A stretch of 64,000 nt of DNA. It comes from Cyanobacteria bacterium P01_D01_bin.156 (GTDB lineage: Bacteria > Cyanobacteriota > Cyanobacteriia > Phormidesmidales > Phormidesmidaceae). Shown in pieces: positions 10,103-19,116 of this stretch; the first letter of the stretch is position 1, and each line of letters begins with the position of its first letter. Both the position numbers and the translations under genes were made by a program. The stretch spans positions 16,094 to 80,093 of the forward strand of contig JBCCQQ010000023.1 in assembly GCA_039024555.1 (NCBI GenBank), written 5' to 3'. The notes below the pieces were generated by a model. The model saw nothing but the letters and a program-made list of their open reading frames with translations. It was not told the origin of the DNA and ran no database searches.

Positions 10103-11650
10103 TTATGGGCTTAAAACACCAATTTCTTCTAATACTGATTGATGCTTTTTTACAGGAGCCAGAGTATTGGCTAGGAGCATGCCACTGGCGGCAACAGCTG
10201 GGAGACCGATGCCAGGGAATGTGGAATCTCCACAGCACCACAGGTTTTTAATGGGTGTCTGTGGCCCCGGGAAGACGCCCTTTCCAGCTTGGATGGCAGG
10301 TCCATAGGATCCATGGTGACGGCGCAGAAATCGGCTATGGGTCAGAGGGGTGCCTACCAATGTGGTCTCGCATCGAGAGCGCACATTGGGAATCACTCTT
10401 TCTAGGGCATGCCACATGACTTCGGCTCTTTGCTGTTTTAGTTGTGCGTAGTCAGGGCTGCGGCGATCTAAACCAGCCCAGGGTGCGTAGGGTTCGTTGC
10501 CTGGGGTATATACGTGAATGGTATGTTTTTTGGGGGGAGCTAGGCTTGGATCAAGCACGGATGGGATTGAGATAAGCACTAGGTTTTGGGGCGCGTTGAT
10601 GCCTAAACTCCAATCATTGACAACGATGTAGTGACAGGCTAATTTTTCGAGCCCTGTTGCATCAATGCCGAGATGTAGATGCATAAAACTGTCGCATTCA
10701 GGGATAGTCTGGCGTTTTTTGGAAAACTGTTTCAGCTTTTTTGGCAGCTTTGGCAAAAGCTTTAAGGTGTCCCAGACGGAGGCATTAGAGATAACGGCTT
10801 TTGTTGCCTTTATATTTTCTCCACTGCGGAGTTTGACGCCGATGGCGCGATCGCAATCCAATAAAACTTCTTCTACATGACTGTTGAGTCTGAGGTCGCC
10901 ACCATATTTCTGAAGGCCTCGTACCACTGCATCAACTAAAGCGGCACTTCCTCCCTGTGGATAATCTAAACGTACATTGGGACGATACCAGTCTGCAAAC
11001 ATAAACGCTACTTCAGCCGCAATAGTGCCATTAGCAGGTAAGCCAGATAGCAGAAAGCACAACATATCTAACCAATTATGGACAAACTCATCTTGTACGA
11101 TATTGTTCATAATGCGGCTAAATGGCCCCGTGAGCTTTGCTACTTGGCCAGTTTGCTTTAAGAGGTCGGGCAAAAAGGGATATGCTGTCCGCAGAACACC
11201 CAAATCTAATCGCATAGCAGCTGGCGGTAAAGCAACAGCCGCTTTCCCCAGTGGTTCCATCACCTGTTGCAGGTGACGCCATTCTTGTACAGCTGTGTCT
11301 CCTCGCAATGTTTGTAGTACGTCGCAAAATTGCTCGGCACCAACTTTCGTTTCAAAGTCTCCTTCGGGTAAGCAGCAGCCCCAAGTATCGTAGTTTAGCC
11401 AAGTTGCATCTTCACCGATGGCATCTAATACTTGTCTGAGTGGATTCGGGGACGGGCTGTAGGATAATCCCGAATATAAGGATGGACCAGAATCAAACAG
11501 AAATCCCTGGCGCTCAAATCCATGGGCTGCTCCGCCAGCAATACTATGGCTCTCGCAGACAACAACATCGTAACCATAACGAGCGAGTAGAGCACCACAG
11601 CAAAGGCCACCGATACCGCTACCAACAATGATGATTTCTGTAGACTCCAT
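10103..11650 (-). CDS. Phytoene desaturase / carotenoid isomerase-like FAD oxidoreductase
   Basis: GSGIGGL FAD motif, FDSGPSL, YPQGGS, CGDSTFPGIGLPAVAASG. Confidence 0.85.
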   Translation of the reverse strand: MESTEIIIVGSGIGGLCCGALLARYGYDVVVCESHSIAGGAAHGFERQGFLFDSGPSLYSGLSYSPSPNPLRQVLDAIGEDATWLNYDTWGCCLPEGDFETKVGAEQFCDVLQTLRGDTAVQEWRHLQQVMEPLGKAAVALPPAAMRLDLGVLRTAYPFLPDLLKQTGQVAKLTGPFSRIMNNIVQDEFVHNWLDMLCFLLSGLPANGTIAAEVAFMFADWYRPNVRLDYPQGGSAALVDAVVRGLQKYGGDLRLNSHVEEVLLDCDRAIGVKLRSGENIKATKAVISNASVWDTLKLLPKLPKKLKQFSKKRQTIPECDSFMHLHLGIDATGLEKLACHYIVVNDWSLGINAPQNLVLISIPSVLDPSLAPPKKHTIHVYTPGNEPYAPWAGLDRRSPDYAQLKQQRAEVMWHALERVIPNVRSRCETTLVGTPLTHSRFLRRHHGSYGPAIQAGKGVFPGPQTPIKNLWCCGDSTFPGIGLPAVAASGMLLANTLAPVKKHQSVLEEIGVLSP

Positions 11651-11699
11651 GAAAAACTATTAACTCAAGAAAGACATAGAAAAAAGTCAGAAAACAAAC

Positions 11700-11895
11700 A
11701 AGCCAAAGCCAACCCAGTCAGCAGAGCAGCCTTTGACTGGGTTGGCTCATGGTATAGGCGTTTTTAAAGGAACCGGTTCGATATTGAACTTCAGAGGGTC
11801 CTAAGCTCTGAAGACTAATCGTTAGTCTATCGGAGTGGTTAGCTAGTTTCAGCGACTGAGTAATAAAACGCCAATGTCGCTTGCAAAACTTCAAA
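11700..11895 (-). ncRNA. ssrS: Probable 6S RNA (cyanobacterial type) with 3' terminator hairpin; ends approximate
   Basis: Minus strand reads GGCGTTTTATTACTCAGTCGCTG...CCACTCCG...AACCGGTTCCTTTAAAAACGCC, so GGCGTTTT/AAAACGCC can close a long stem. Internal hairpins AGACTAA/TTAGTCT and CTTCAGAG/CTCTGAAG; 14-bp hairpin at 11707-11747. Size ~180-190 nt. Resembles cyanobacterial 6S RNA from memory. Confidence 0.75.
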
Positions 11896-11952
11896 AATCG
11901 CTATTACTGATTTAAGAGATGAATCGTTTCGGGGAGCAGCAATGCCGAAAAA

Positions 11953-12720
11953 TTACCACGGCAACCGACTCCCATCCCAGGAAAAGAACGAGCCGTTGTC
12001 CTTCAGAGTAACGGTTTCTAATACGGCCATGAGGAGCCCTACGGTTTTGCCCACTGGAAAAAGTTTTTCGGGGGGGACTCCCCTTTGAAAGGGTTCTGAT
12101 AGGCGTGTGTCGGTGGTGCCTGGATGTAAAAGGATAATGGCTGTCTGCTTGCTGCGGCGACTGTACTCAATGGCAGCAGTTTTGAGAAACATGTTGAGGG
12201 CTGCTTTGGAGGCTCGGTAGCCATACCATCCCCCTAGGCGGTTGTCTTCAATGCTGCCAATTTTGGCGGAGATAGTGGCGAAGACATTGGGTTGTTTATG
12301 GTTCAGTAGGGGGAGTAAATGCTTAGCCAGTAATGCTGAGCCAATGCTGTTGACCTGAAAATAGCGCATGAGATGGTCGGCATTGAGCTGTCTGAGGGCT
12401 TTTTCAGGAGTGATGGAACCTTCGTGTAAAAAGCCAACGCAGTTAATCACAAAATGCAGTTGACCTTGGATAGCTTGAATCTGAGCTAGCCCATTTTCTA
12501 TTTGGGCTTCATCAGTCAGGTCCATGGAAATGCAGTGGAGCCGTGGGTTTTGTTGGGCCAACTGCAATAGCTTACTAGCGGATTGGGAGTGGCGATAGGT
12601 GGCGAATACGTGGCTAAAACGATTGTCTTGAAGCAATGCTTGGACAAACCCAAAACCAATGCCGCGGTTGCCACCAACAACGAGGGCTTGGCCTGTCTGA
12701 AGCTGAGACAAAATTTGCAT
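11953..12720 (-). CDS. Short-chain dehydrogenase, C-factor (CsgA)-like
   Basis: GGNRGIG, SAKIGSIEDNRLGGWYGYRASKAALN, HPGTTDT. Confidence 0.9.
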   Translation of the reverse strand: MQILSQLQTGQALVVGGNRGIGFGFVQALLQDNRFSHVFATYRHSQSASKLLQLAQQNPRLHCISMDLTDEAQIENGLAQIQAIQGQLHFVINCVGFLHEGSITPEKALRQLNADHLMRYFQVNSIGSALLAKHLLPLLNHKQPNVFATISAKIGSIEDNRLGGWYGYRASKAALNMFLKTAAIEYSRRSKQTAIILLHPGTTDTRLSEPFQRGVPPEKLFPVGKTVGLLMAVLETVTLKDNGSFFSWDGSRLPW

Positions 12721-12802
12721 GGGTGAGCTGTGGATAGTAAAGCGCTAGCGTAAGATAGCGCAGACGGGTTGGATAGGCTATGAAGCATGGGGAAAAATTG
12801 AT

Positions 12803-13657
12803 ATGGGAGCAGCTGTGAATCCATTTGCTGAGCCTACGGGGTTTGTGGCTGGTGTGGATATAACGACGGCTCCCACGGGAGTAGCCTGGTGGTTTTGTTT
12901 TTGTGGCTCAAAGATGCTGGTGACTGTGGATGAAGTCCATGAGACGGTTGGTATCCCTCGTGGAAAGAATTTGGAGGATATGGGGATAAAGGAGGTGCGA
13001 TCGCAGTTCCTTGGCACCTTAAATAACCAAGCCTGCTATGGTGTGCAGCTTCCCAAAGACCTAGAACTACTACCAGGGATGGATCTTCAACGCTTGCGAG
13101 GACTGTATGGTCAACTCGACGATAACCTATTTGCGATTGCTGGCCGTGCTACTCAGATTGTGGAGTGGGACCGTACCCATCAATATTGTGGATGCTGTGC
13201 CACCCCCCTAGAACAAGCGAGTGATGAACGGGTAAAACGCTGCCCCAAGTGTGGTTTGAGCCAGTATCCTCGGTTATCCCCTGCGGTGATTATGTTGGTG
13301 TACCGTGGGTCAGAAGTGCTTCTGGCCCGTGCCCCACGGTTTCGAGAAGGGATGTACAGCGTGCTAGCTGGATTTGTGGAACCTGGAGAATCTCTGGAGG
13401 AAACGGTAGCGCGGGAAGTATTTGAAGAAGTCGGTGTTGCGGTAACCGATATTCGTTATTTTGGTTCCCAGCCTTGGCCCTTTCCCAATTCCCTGATGAT
13501 TGGCTTTACCGCTCGCTATGCTGGTGGTGCCATTGTGATGGACCCTAAGGAAATCGAAGCCGCTGGGTGGTTTACCGGGGAGACTTTACCCCCTGTACCT
13601 GGCAAACTCAGCATTGCCCGTAAGCTTATTGACTGCTTTATTAATGATCACGAATAG
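12803..13657 (+). CDS. nudC: NAD(H) diphosphatase (Nudix)
   Basis: Zn ribbon CxxC...CxxC, Nudix box GFVEPGESLEETVAREVFEEVG, SQPWPFPNS. Confidence 0.95.
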   Translation: MGAAVNPFAEPTGFVAGVDITTAPTGVAWWFCFCGSKMLVTVDEVHETVGIPRGKNLEDMGIKEVRSQFLGTLNNQACYGVQLPKDLELLPGMDLQRLRGLYGQLDDNLFAIAGRATQIVEWDRTHQYCGCCATPLEQASDERVKRCPKCGLSQYPRLSPAVIMLVYRGSEVLLARAPRFREGMYSVLAGFVEPGESLEETVAREVFEEVGVAVTDIRYFGSQPWPFPNSLMIGFTARYAGGAIVMDPKEIEAAGWFTGETLPPVPGKLSIARKLIDCFINDHE

Positions 13658-14234
13658 CCACGTTATTTTGAATCTTGCTCTGTTGGGGCGGCGGTCTAAA
13701 ACCCACTTAAACAGTGCCATCTTTTGGGGGGCGTTAGTACCTGATTTGGCTATGTTTGGCTTTTATGGGTGGGCTAAACTGATTGCCCGCATGGACGAGG
13801 CAACCATCTGGAATGAGGCGTTTTTTGAACCCTTTTGGCAAGATATTTTTGCGGTGGGCAATTCGATTCCTTTGGCTGTGCTAGCCATTGGCATTGCCCT
13901 ATGGCTGCAGCGGCGGTACCCCCGATGGCAGACCCTGGCGACCACGATTATTTTTCTTGCCTTAAGTGTGATTTTGCACTGTTTGGCAGATTTACCCCTC
14001 CATGCGGATGACGGTCACCGACACTTTTGGCCCCTGAGCAATTTTCGCTATCAAAGTCCTGTTTCTTATTGGGATCCAGCTCACCACGGGAGACTCTTTG
14101 CTCTAGTGGAAGGAGGGCTGGTATTGCTGGCAAGTGTATGGGTGTGGCGGTTGTTGCGATCGCGCTGGGCCAGAGTCCTATTGATTGGTAGTAATGTCTT
14201 GATGGGAATTGCTTACACTCAATTCTACTTGTAG
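13644..14234 (+). CDS. Membrane protein, putative metal-dependent hydrolase
   Basis: ATG at 13644 overlaps the nudC end; N-terminal 'M.T.SH', 'GALVPD', 'LHCLADLPLHADDGHRHFWP'; several TMs. Confidence 0.7.
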   Translation: MITNSHVILNLALLGRRSKTHLNSAIFWGALVPDLAMFGFYGWAKLIARMDEATIWNEAFFEPFWQDIFAVGNSIPLAVLAIGIALWLQRRYPRWQTLATTIIFLALSVILHCLADLPLHADDGHRHFWPLSNFRYQSPVSYWDPAHHGRLFALVEGGLVLLASVWVWRLLRSRWARVLLIGSNVLMGIAYTQFYL

Positions 14235-14282
14235 CAATCTTGTAGCAATCAGTTGCCTGCCCACAATATTTTTCATCGAGAG

Positions 14283-14309
14283 TAATCCGATTTGAATTTG
14301 AGTCCGTAT
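14283..14309 (+). promoter_or_regulatory. Candidate ECF-sigma autoregulatory promoter
   Basis: TAATCC-N16-CGTAT upstream of the ECF sigma gene, similar to TGATCC-N16-CGTA type ECF promoters. Confidence 0.4.
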
Positions 14310-14378
14310 TTTTTGATGAAAATAACTTAACGTCAAACACCATCTAAGATAGCGGAGTCGGTTTTTGCCGGTATACAC

Positions 14379-14996
14379 ATGGTCAGTCAAGCTTGGGAGT
14401 GTCTGATTAAACCTATGGGGCCAATAAATTCCTGGGACGGGGCAGCATCAGATACTACCTCATCCGATGCTGAGCTCCTGGCCTCCCTGAAAGCAGGCCG
14501 AGTGGATGCCCTACGTAGCCTGTATCAGCGCTACGGTCGGTTAGTTTATACCCTGGCTCGGCGCATTCTTCGCAGTGATGAAGAGGCTGAAGAAATCACC
14601 CAGGATGTTTTTCTCACGCTTTGGCACAAGAATAAATATAAGGCCAGTCGAGGTTCCCTAAGCCGTTATCTAGTGGTCTTAGCTCGGTCCCGCGCCATTG
14701 ATCGGTTACGCTCCCAAACGTCTCATCGTCAGCGATTGCACAAGTGGCATTTAATGATGGCCGATGTTTCCCCTACACCCTTAGATATTGCCACCCTGAG
14801 TGAGCGCGGAGAGCTTACCCGTCAAGCTCTCGCAGTACTTTCTGATAAAGAACGTCAGGTGATTGAAATTGCCTACTACGAAGGTCTGAGCCAATCGGAA
14901 ATTGCTCAACGCCTGAGTCTTCCGTTGGGTACCGTGAAATCGCGCTCCCGGCAAGCACTGCGTAAGCTGCGCCAAACTCTACAGCCCCATCTTTAG
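14379..14996 (+). CDS. ECF RNA polymerase sigma factor (SigK-like); start may be at a downstream ATG
   Basis: Region 2 'LYQRYGRLVY..AEEITQDVFL', region 4 'YYEGLSQSEIAQRLSLPLGTVKSR'. Confidence 0.92.
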   Translation: MVSQAWECLIKPMGPINSWDGAASDTTSSDAELLASLKAGRVDALRSLYQRYGRLVYTLARRILRSDEEAEEITQDVFLTLWHKNKYKASRGSLSRYLVVLARSRAIDRLRSQTSHRQRLHKWHLMMADVSPTPLDIATLSERGELTRQALAVLSDKERQVIEIAYYEGLSQSEIAQRLSLPLGTVKSRSRQALRKLRQTLQPHL

Positions 14997-15060
14997 AACC
15001 CTTTTACTAACACGCTCACCTCTTCTCTTCCTCTGCTGATTCTGCCTTTTTCAGATTATT

Positions 15061-15894
15061 ATGCCGTTCGATTCGTCACCCACTACAGACCAACATCCCG
15101 ACTGGCATGACTTACTTGCAGGTTATGCCCTTGGTAACCTTTCTCCAGACGAGCAAGCTACATTACAGAAGCTGTTGGCTCAGCGTCCTGACCTAAAAGC
15201 CGAAATGCTTGCCTATGAAGAAGCTCTGGCCCTGGTACCCTATGCCTTAGAGCCTCAGATACCTCCACCAGAGCTGGAGCTGAGTATTCTGTCCGTGGCG
15301 CAAACGAGCCGTCGTCCTCAGGAGAGACAGCGACGACGTTCTGTCCGTCCTTGGTATCAAGCTGCTATGGCAGCAGCAGCTGTCGTTATTGCTGTTGTGG
15401 GTGTGGATAACTATCGTTTGCGGCAGCAGCGAGACGTTTTGACAGGCCAGCTCGCTACGGCTGAGACTGAGCGACAAACGTTGGCAAATTCTTTGGTAGA
15501 GCTTGAAAAGCAGCAGCTAGAAACTAATCTTGAACAGGTTGTAGATATCCTGCGACAGCCTGATGCCCTGGTGTATTCTCTTCAGGGAACGGGGGAAGCT
15601 CTGACATCTTCCGGTAGTTTGCTCACGCTGCCTGACCATTCTGAAGTGCAGCTGGTATCCCATAATTTGCCAGTGTTACCCCAAGGGCAGGTTTATCGCC
15701 TCTGGTCCGTGGCAACCCAAACCTCTAATCCGATGTTTTGCGGTGAATTTAATAATACGGATGTGGGGAATGTGCAGTGGACTATTCCCGATGCCCGCTG
15801 CAATGCCCGGCCCGTTAAGGTCATTATTACCGTGGATGCGGTCATTGACCCGCCAGTGCCAAAAGGGCCTGCTGTGCTCACCGGGGAGATTTAG
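15061..15894 (+). CDS. Anti-sigma factor, RskA family
   Basis: 'LLAGYALGNL' N-terminus, single TM, coiled coil, C-terminal 'LPQGQVYRLW...P.GP'; directly follows the ECF sigma. Confidence 0.88.
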   Translation: MPFDSSPTTDQHPDWHDLLAGYALGNLSPDEQATLQKLLAQRPDLKAEMLAYEEALALVPYALEPQIPPPELELSILSVAQTSRRPQERQRRRSVRPWYQAAMAAAAVVIAVVGVDNYRLRQQRDVLTGQLATAETERQTLANSLVELEKQQLETNLEQVVDILRQPDALVYSLQGTGEALTSSGSLLTLPDHSEVQLVSHNLPVLPQGQVYRLWSVATQTSNPMFCGEFNNTDVGNVQWTIPDARCNARPVKVIITVDAVIDPPVPKGPAVLTGEI

Positions 15895-15905
15895 ACCATT
15901 AGAAT

Positions 15906-15919
15906 GTATCTAAAGTTAC
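15906..15919. promoter_or_regulatory. Candidate NtcA-binding site
   Basis: tGTATCTAAAGTTACa is a perfect GTA-N8-TAC with T/A flanks, ~90 bp upstream of a small ORF. Confidence 0.5.
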
Positions 15920-16011
15920 AAAAACTTACTTGTGGCTTAGGATCACTTCAGTAAAATCTCAGATCCGAGGATCATCCTTGTAATCAAAATAGTTTGATAC
16001 CAGGAGGTCCT

Positions 16012-16176
16012 ATGAATAGCACCCTATTCCAGCTTTCTAGCGGATTCCTGACTGCTGCACTGGCAGTAACAGTAACGTTTCCTGCCGCCGCTCTTGCAGT
16101 CCCTTCATTGGAAGCCGATGCACTTCAAGTGCAGACCATTATCGAAGAATGGCACTGGCGAGACATGGACCATTAA
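16012..16176 (+). CDS. Small (54 aa) putative secreted protein
   Basis: GGAGG RBS before ATG 16012; signal-peptide-like hydrophobic stretch ending A-L-A. Confidence 0.6.
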   Translation: MNSTLFQLSSGFLTAALAVTVTFPAAALAVPSLEADALQVQTIIEEWHWRDMDH

Positions 16177-16226
16177 TGGCCAAATGTTATCAGTCCTAGT
16201 CAGTATTTTTGTTATTGGCAATTGCA

Positions 16227-18755
16227 CTAGCTAAGATTCAGTGGGTCAACGTCGATAGTGAGTCGAACGGATTTGGGGAGATGCGATCGCAGATTACCCA
16301 AATTCGGTATGGTCATTCCCGACCGTAGTTTAAGCAGCACATGCCAACGGTAGCGCTGCGCCACCCGCAGAATTGGCGCGGGCGTCGGTCCTAAAATGGA
16401 AGGCCCTGCTAAATCCAACCCGTCTATCGGATCAGATCCTCTAGGGCAAATCTGGTCGAGTATCTGCTGCAGTTGGTCTGCGCAATAATTTGCTGCCTTT
16501 TCTGCTTCCTCAGCCACTGGACTACTGAGGCGCAGTAAAACCAAGCGCCCATAAGGGGGGTAGCCCAGCAACTGCCGATGCTCAATCTCATGCTCAATAA
16601 ACCGTTGGTAGCTATGGTCTTTAGCCGCTAACACCACTGGATGTTCAGGGGTATAGGTTTGCAAAATCACTTGGCCTGGCTGCTCCCCACGCCCGGCTCG
16701 CCCGGCTACTTGGGTCAACGTTTGAAAGGCTCGTTCTCCAGACCAATAGTCCGGCATATGCAATAACCCATCAGCTGCCACCACCCCAACGACTGTAATT
16801 TTCGGTAAGTCAATTCCCTTTGTGAGCATCTGAGTACCCACCAGTACATCGGCCTCCCCGGCGGCAAACCGCTCCAGCAAAGCTCGGTGTGCTCCTTTAG
16901 CTCGGGTGGTATCACTATCAAAGCGTAAACACCGCAGCCCCGGAAACTGGCTCGCTAACTCATGGACAATGCGCTGCGTACCGCTACCAAAATATTTCAG
17001 ATAGGGAGATGTACAGCTGGGACATTGATCGGGATGGCGTTGGCTGTAGCCACAGTAGTGACATCGTAAATGGGCAGAACCACCATCTTGGGGTTGATGA
17101 TAGGCCAAAGCAACATCACAGTCGGGGCATTCCATAACGTGGCCACAGCTGCGACAAGATACAAATCGACTGTGTCCTCGTCTGTGAATAAACAGTAACC
17201 CCTGTTCTCCGTGAGTCTGCATTTTTTCTATGGCAGTTTGTAGAGCGCGACTAAACACTGAACGGTTACCTGCCTGTAGCTCTAGGCGCATGTCCACTAT
17301 CTGTACCGGGGGCAATGGACGCTGATGGACGCGATTGGGTAAAGAGAGGTAACGAGTCGTGAGTTGTGAGTTGTCATTCTTGGGGGGGCTGGCCTTTTGC
17401 CTCCCCTGTGTTGCCACCCAAGTTGCCAGCGAAGGTGTGGCTGAGCCTAAAACCAAGGGACAGTTCACCATCTCAGCTCGCCATCTGGCTACGGTGCGTG
17501 CGTGGTAACAGGGGGCAGGCTGATCTTGCTTAAAGCTACTGTCATGTTCTTCGTCGAGGACAATTAAACCTAGGTTGGGTAGGGGCGCAAAAATGGCCGA
17601 GCGAGTTCCAATAATGACCTGGGGTTGGCCACTCAGCATGTGTCGCCAAGTGTCATAGCGTTCACCCTCTGATAGCCCACTGTGATACACACAGACTTGG
17701 TTGCCAAACCTCGCCCGAAATCGATCGGTGAGTTGGGGGGTTAAGCCGATCTCTGGGACTAACACTAAGACGGATTTTCCTGCCTGGAGTCGGGGGCTGA
17801 TGGCTTGTAAGTAAACTTCGGTTTTACCCGAGCCGGTGACTCCATGCAGGAGTATCGTGTGGAAACGTTCGAGCCCATGCAGGCTTTTGAGTACCTGATG
17901 TTGGTCAGAGGTGAGTTGCTTGGGCTGATCAGCAATTGCGTGGGAGTGACTACTGACGCGTAGGCGCTCACGTGGCTCAATCACCAGATATCCCTTAGCG
18001 GCCAATCGTTGTAGGGTAGCGCTCGTGGTGCATAGCCTCTGCAGTGCATCGCTGAGCCAAAGGTCGCCACCGCAGCGTTGCAATGTGATCAAAAGTTCTT
18101 GTTGCCGCCGGGTGAGATCTGCCTGCTCGCCCTGGGGGACATCGATAATACTAACGGCCTGTCGATGTTGGGGACGGGGTGGGGTGGGCATGGCTAGATA
18201 ACTTTCTACCCAGCCGAGGTCAATTAATTGTCGTAAACCTGTTGCTGCTTGATGGTGCTGACGCTTTAAATAACGCCAAGTGTAGTTACCTTGAGGAGAC
18301 TTTTGTAGGGCCGTGAGTAACGTTTGAGCGACTGTTCCTAAAGCAGTTGATGATTGGGGGGCCGACTTAAGTCGAATTCGACGTTGCGATCGCCCTAATA
18401 AACCGGGGGGTAAAGCTGTTCGAATTACCTGAATTAAAGGTGTTTGATAATAGCTGGCAACCCGTTCCAATAATTTCCAATAATCTTTAGAAAAGAAACC
18501 ACGACTAATCAAACCTTCAACATCGCGTAGTGTGTAATCTAGCTGAGATATCGATGATGTCGGTAACCGTCGGATAGCGATCGCACCTAGCTGCTGACCT
18601 TTAAAGGGGACGCTGATAATATCACCTGGAACCACACTAAAATTTTTAGGAATTCTATAGGTGTAAAGTCCCGATGCACCGGGACAATCTACCAATACCT
18701 CTACGGCCTCAAGTTTATATTTTTCAGGTGTTTCAGCGTGAGTCATATAACTCAA
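16227..18755 (-). CDS. priA: Primosomal protein N' helicase (start uncertain, ATG at 18747 possible)
   Basis: HGVTGSGKTEVY, VPEIGLTPQ, DEEH, two Cys4 Zn fingers, GTQMLTKG, QVAGRAGR. Confidence 0.97.
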   Translation of the reverse strand: MSYMTHAETPEKYKLEAVEVLVDCPGASGLYTYRIPKNFSVVPGDIISVPFKGQQLGAIAIRRLPTSSISQLDYTLRDVEGLISRGFFSKDYWKLLERVASYYQTPLIQVIRTALPPGLLGRSQRRIRLKSAPQSSTALGTVAQTLLTALQKSPQGNYTWRYLKRQHHQAATGLRQLIDLGWVESYLAMPTPPRPQHRQAVSIIDVPQGEQADLTRRQQELLITLQRCGGDLWLSDALQRLCTTSATLQRLAAKGYLVIEPRERLRVSSHSHAIADQPKQLTSDQHQVLKSLHGLERFHTILLHGVTGSGKTEVYLQAISPRLQAGKSVLVLVPEIGLTPQLTDRFRARFGNQVCVYHSGLSEGERYDTWRHMLSGQPQVIIGTRSAIFAPLPNLGLIVLDEEHDSSFKQDQPAPCYHARTVARWRAEMVNCPLVLGSATPSLATWVATQGRQKASPPKNDNSQLTTRYLSLPNRVHQRPLPPVQIVDMRLELQAGNRSVFSRALQTAIEKMQTHGEQGLLFIHRRGHSRFVSCRSCGHVMECPDCDVALAYHQPQDGGSAHLRCHYCGYSQRHPDQCPSCTSPYLKYFGSGTQRIVHELASQFPGLRCLRFDSDTTRAKGAHRALLERFAAGEADVLVGTQMLTKGIDLPKITVVGVVAADGLLHMPDYWSGERAFQTLTQVAGRAGRGEQPGQVILQTYTPEHPVVLAAKDHSYQRFIEHEIEHRQLLGYPPYGRLVLLRLSSPVAEEAEKAANYCADQLQQILDQICPRGSDPIDGLDLAGPSILGPTPAPILRVAQRYRWHVLLKLRSGMTIPNLGNLRSHLPKSVRLTIDVDPLNLS

Positions 18756-19116
18756 ATTAATTGTGAAAATAGACGTCTATAGACATCTGATTGACAGAAA
18801 ATATATTTTTTTAACTATTAGCTAGACCTCATAAAAAACGGAGTTTACGCACTGTTTATAAGGTGGCATGTCATGGAAAGTTTACATGATGCAATGAATA
18901 GAATTAAACGTTACAAAAGCTACAAAAACCTTGAGAAATAAGAGTTTTCATCGTTCAAAAAATATCACAGTGGACAGTGCTCCAGAATCAGGTTGGTATA
19001 GTGTAAACAGGACTGCATCTAGTCCCTTTGAAATCTAGTAAATGTAACTAAAGATAGCGACATCCATCGGTTAATTTTTTAAGACTCCTTCAGGCAACGA
19101 ATTCTCTTGCGAAACT

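Noticed and set aside
15940..15985. Second ECF promoter in front of the small ORF
   Set aside because: GATCC-like hexamers are present but there is no CGTA at the matching 16-bp spacing.
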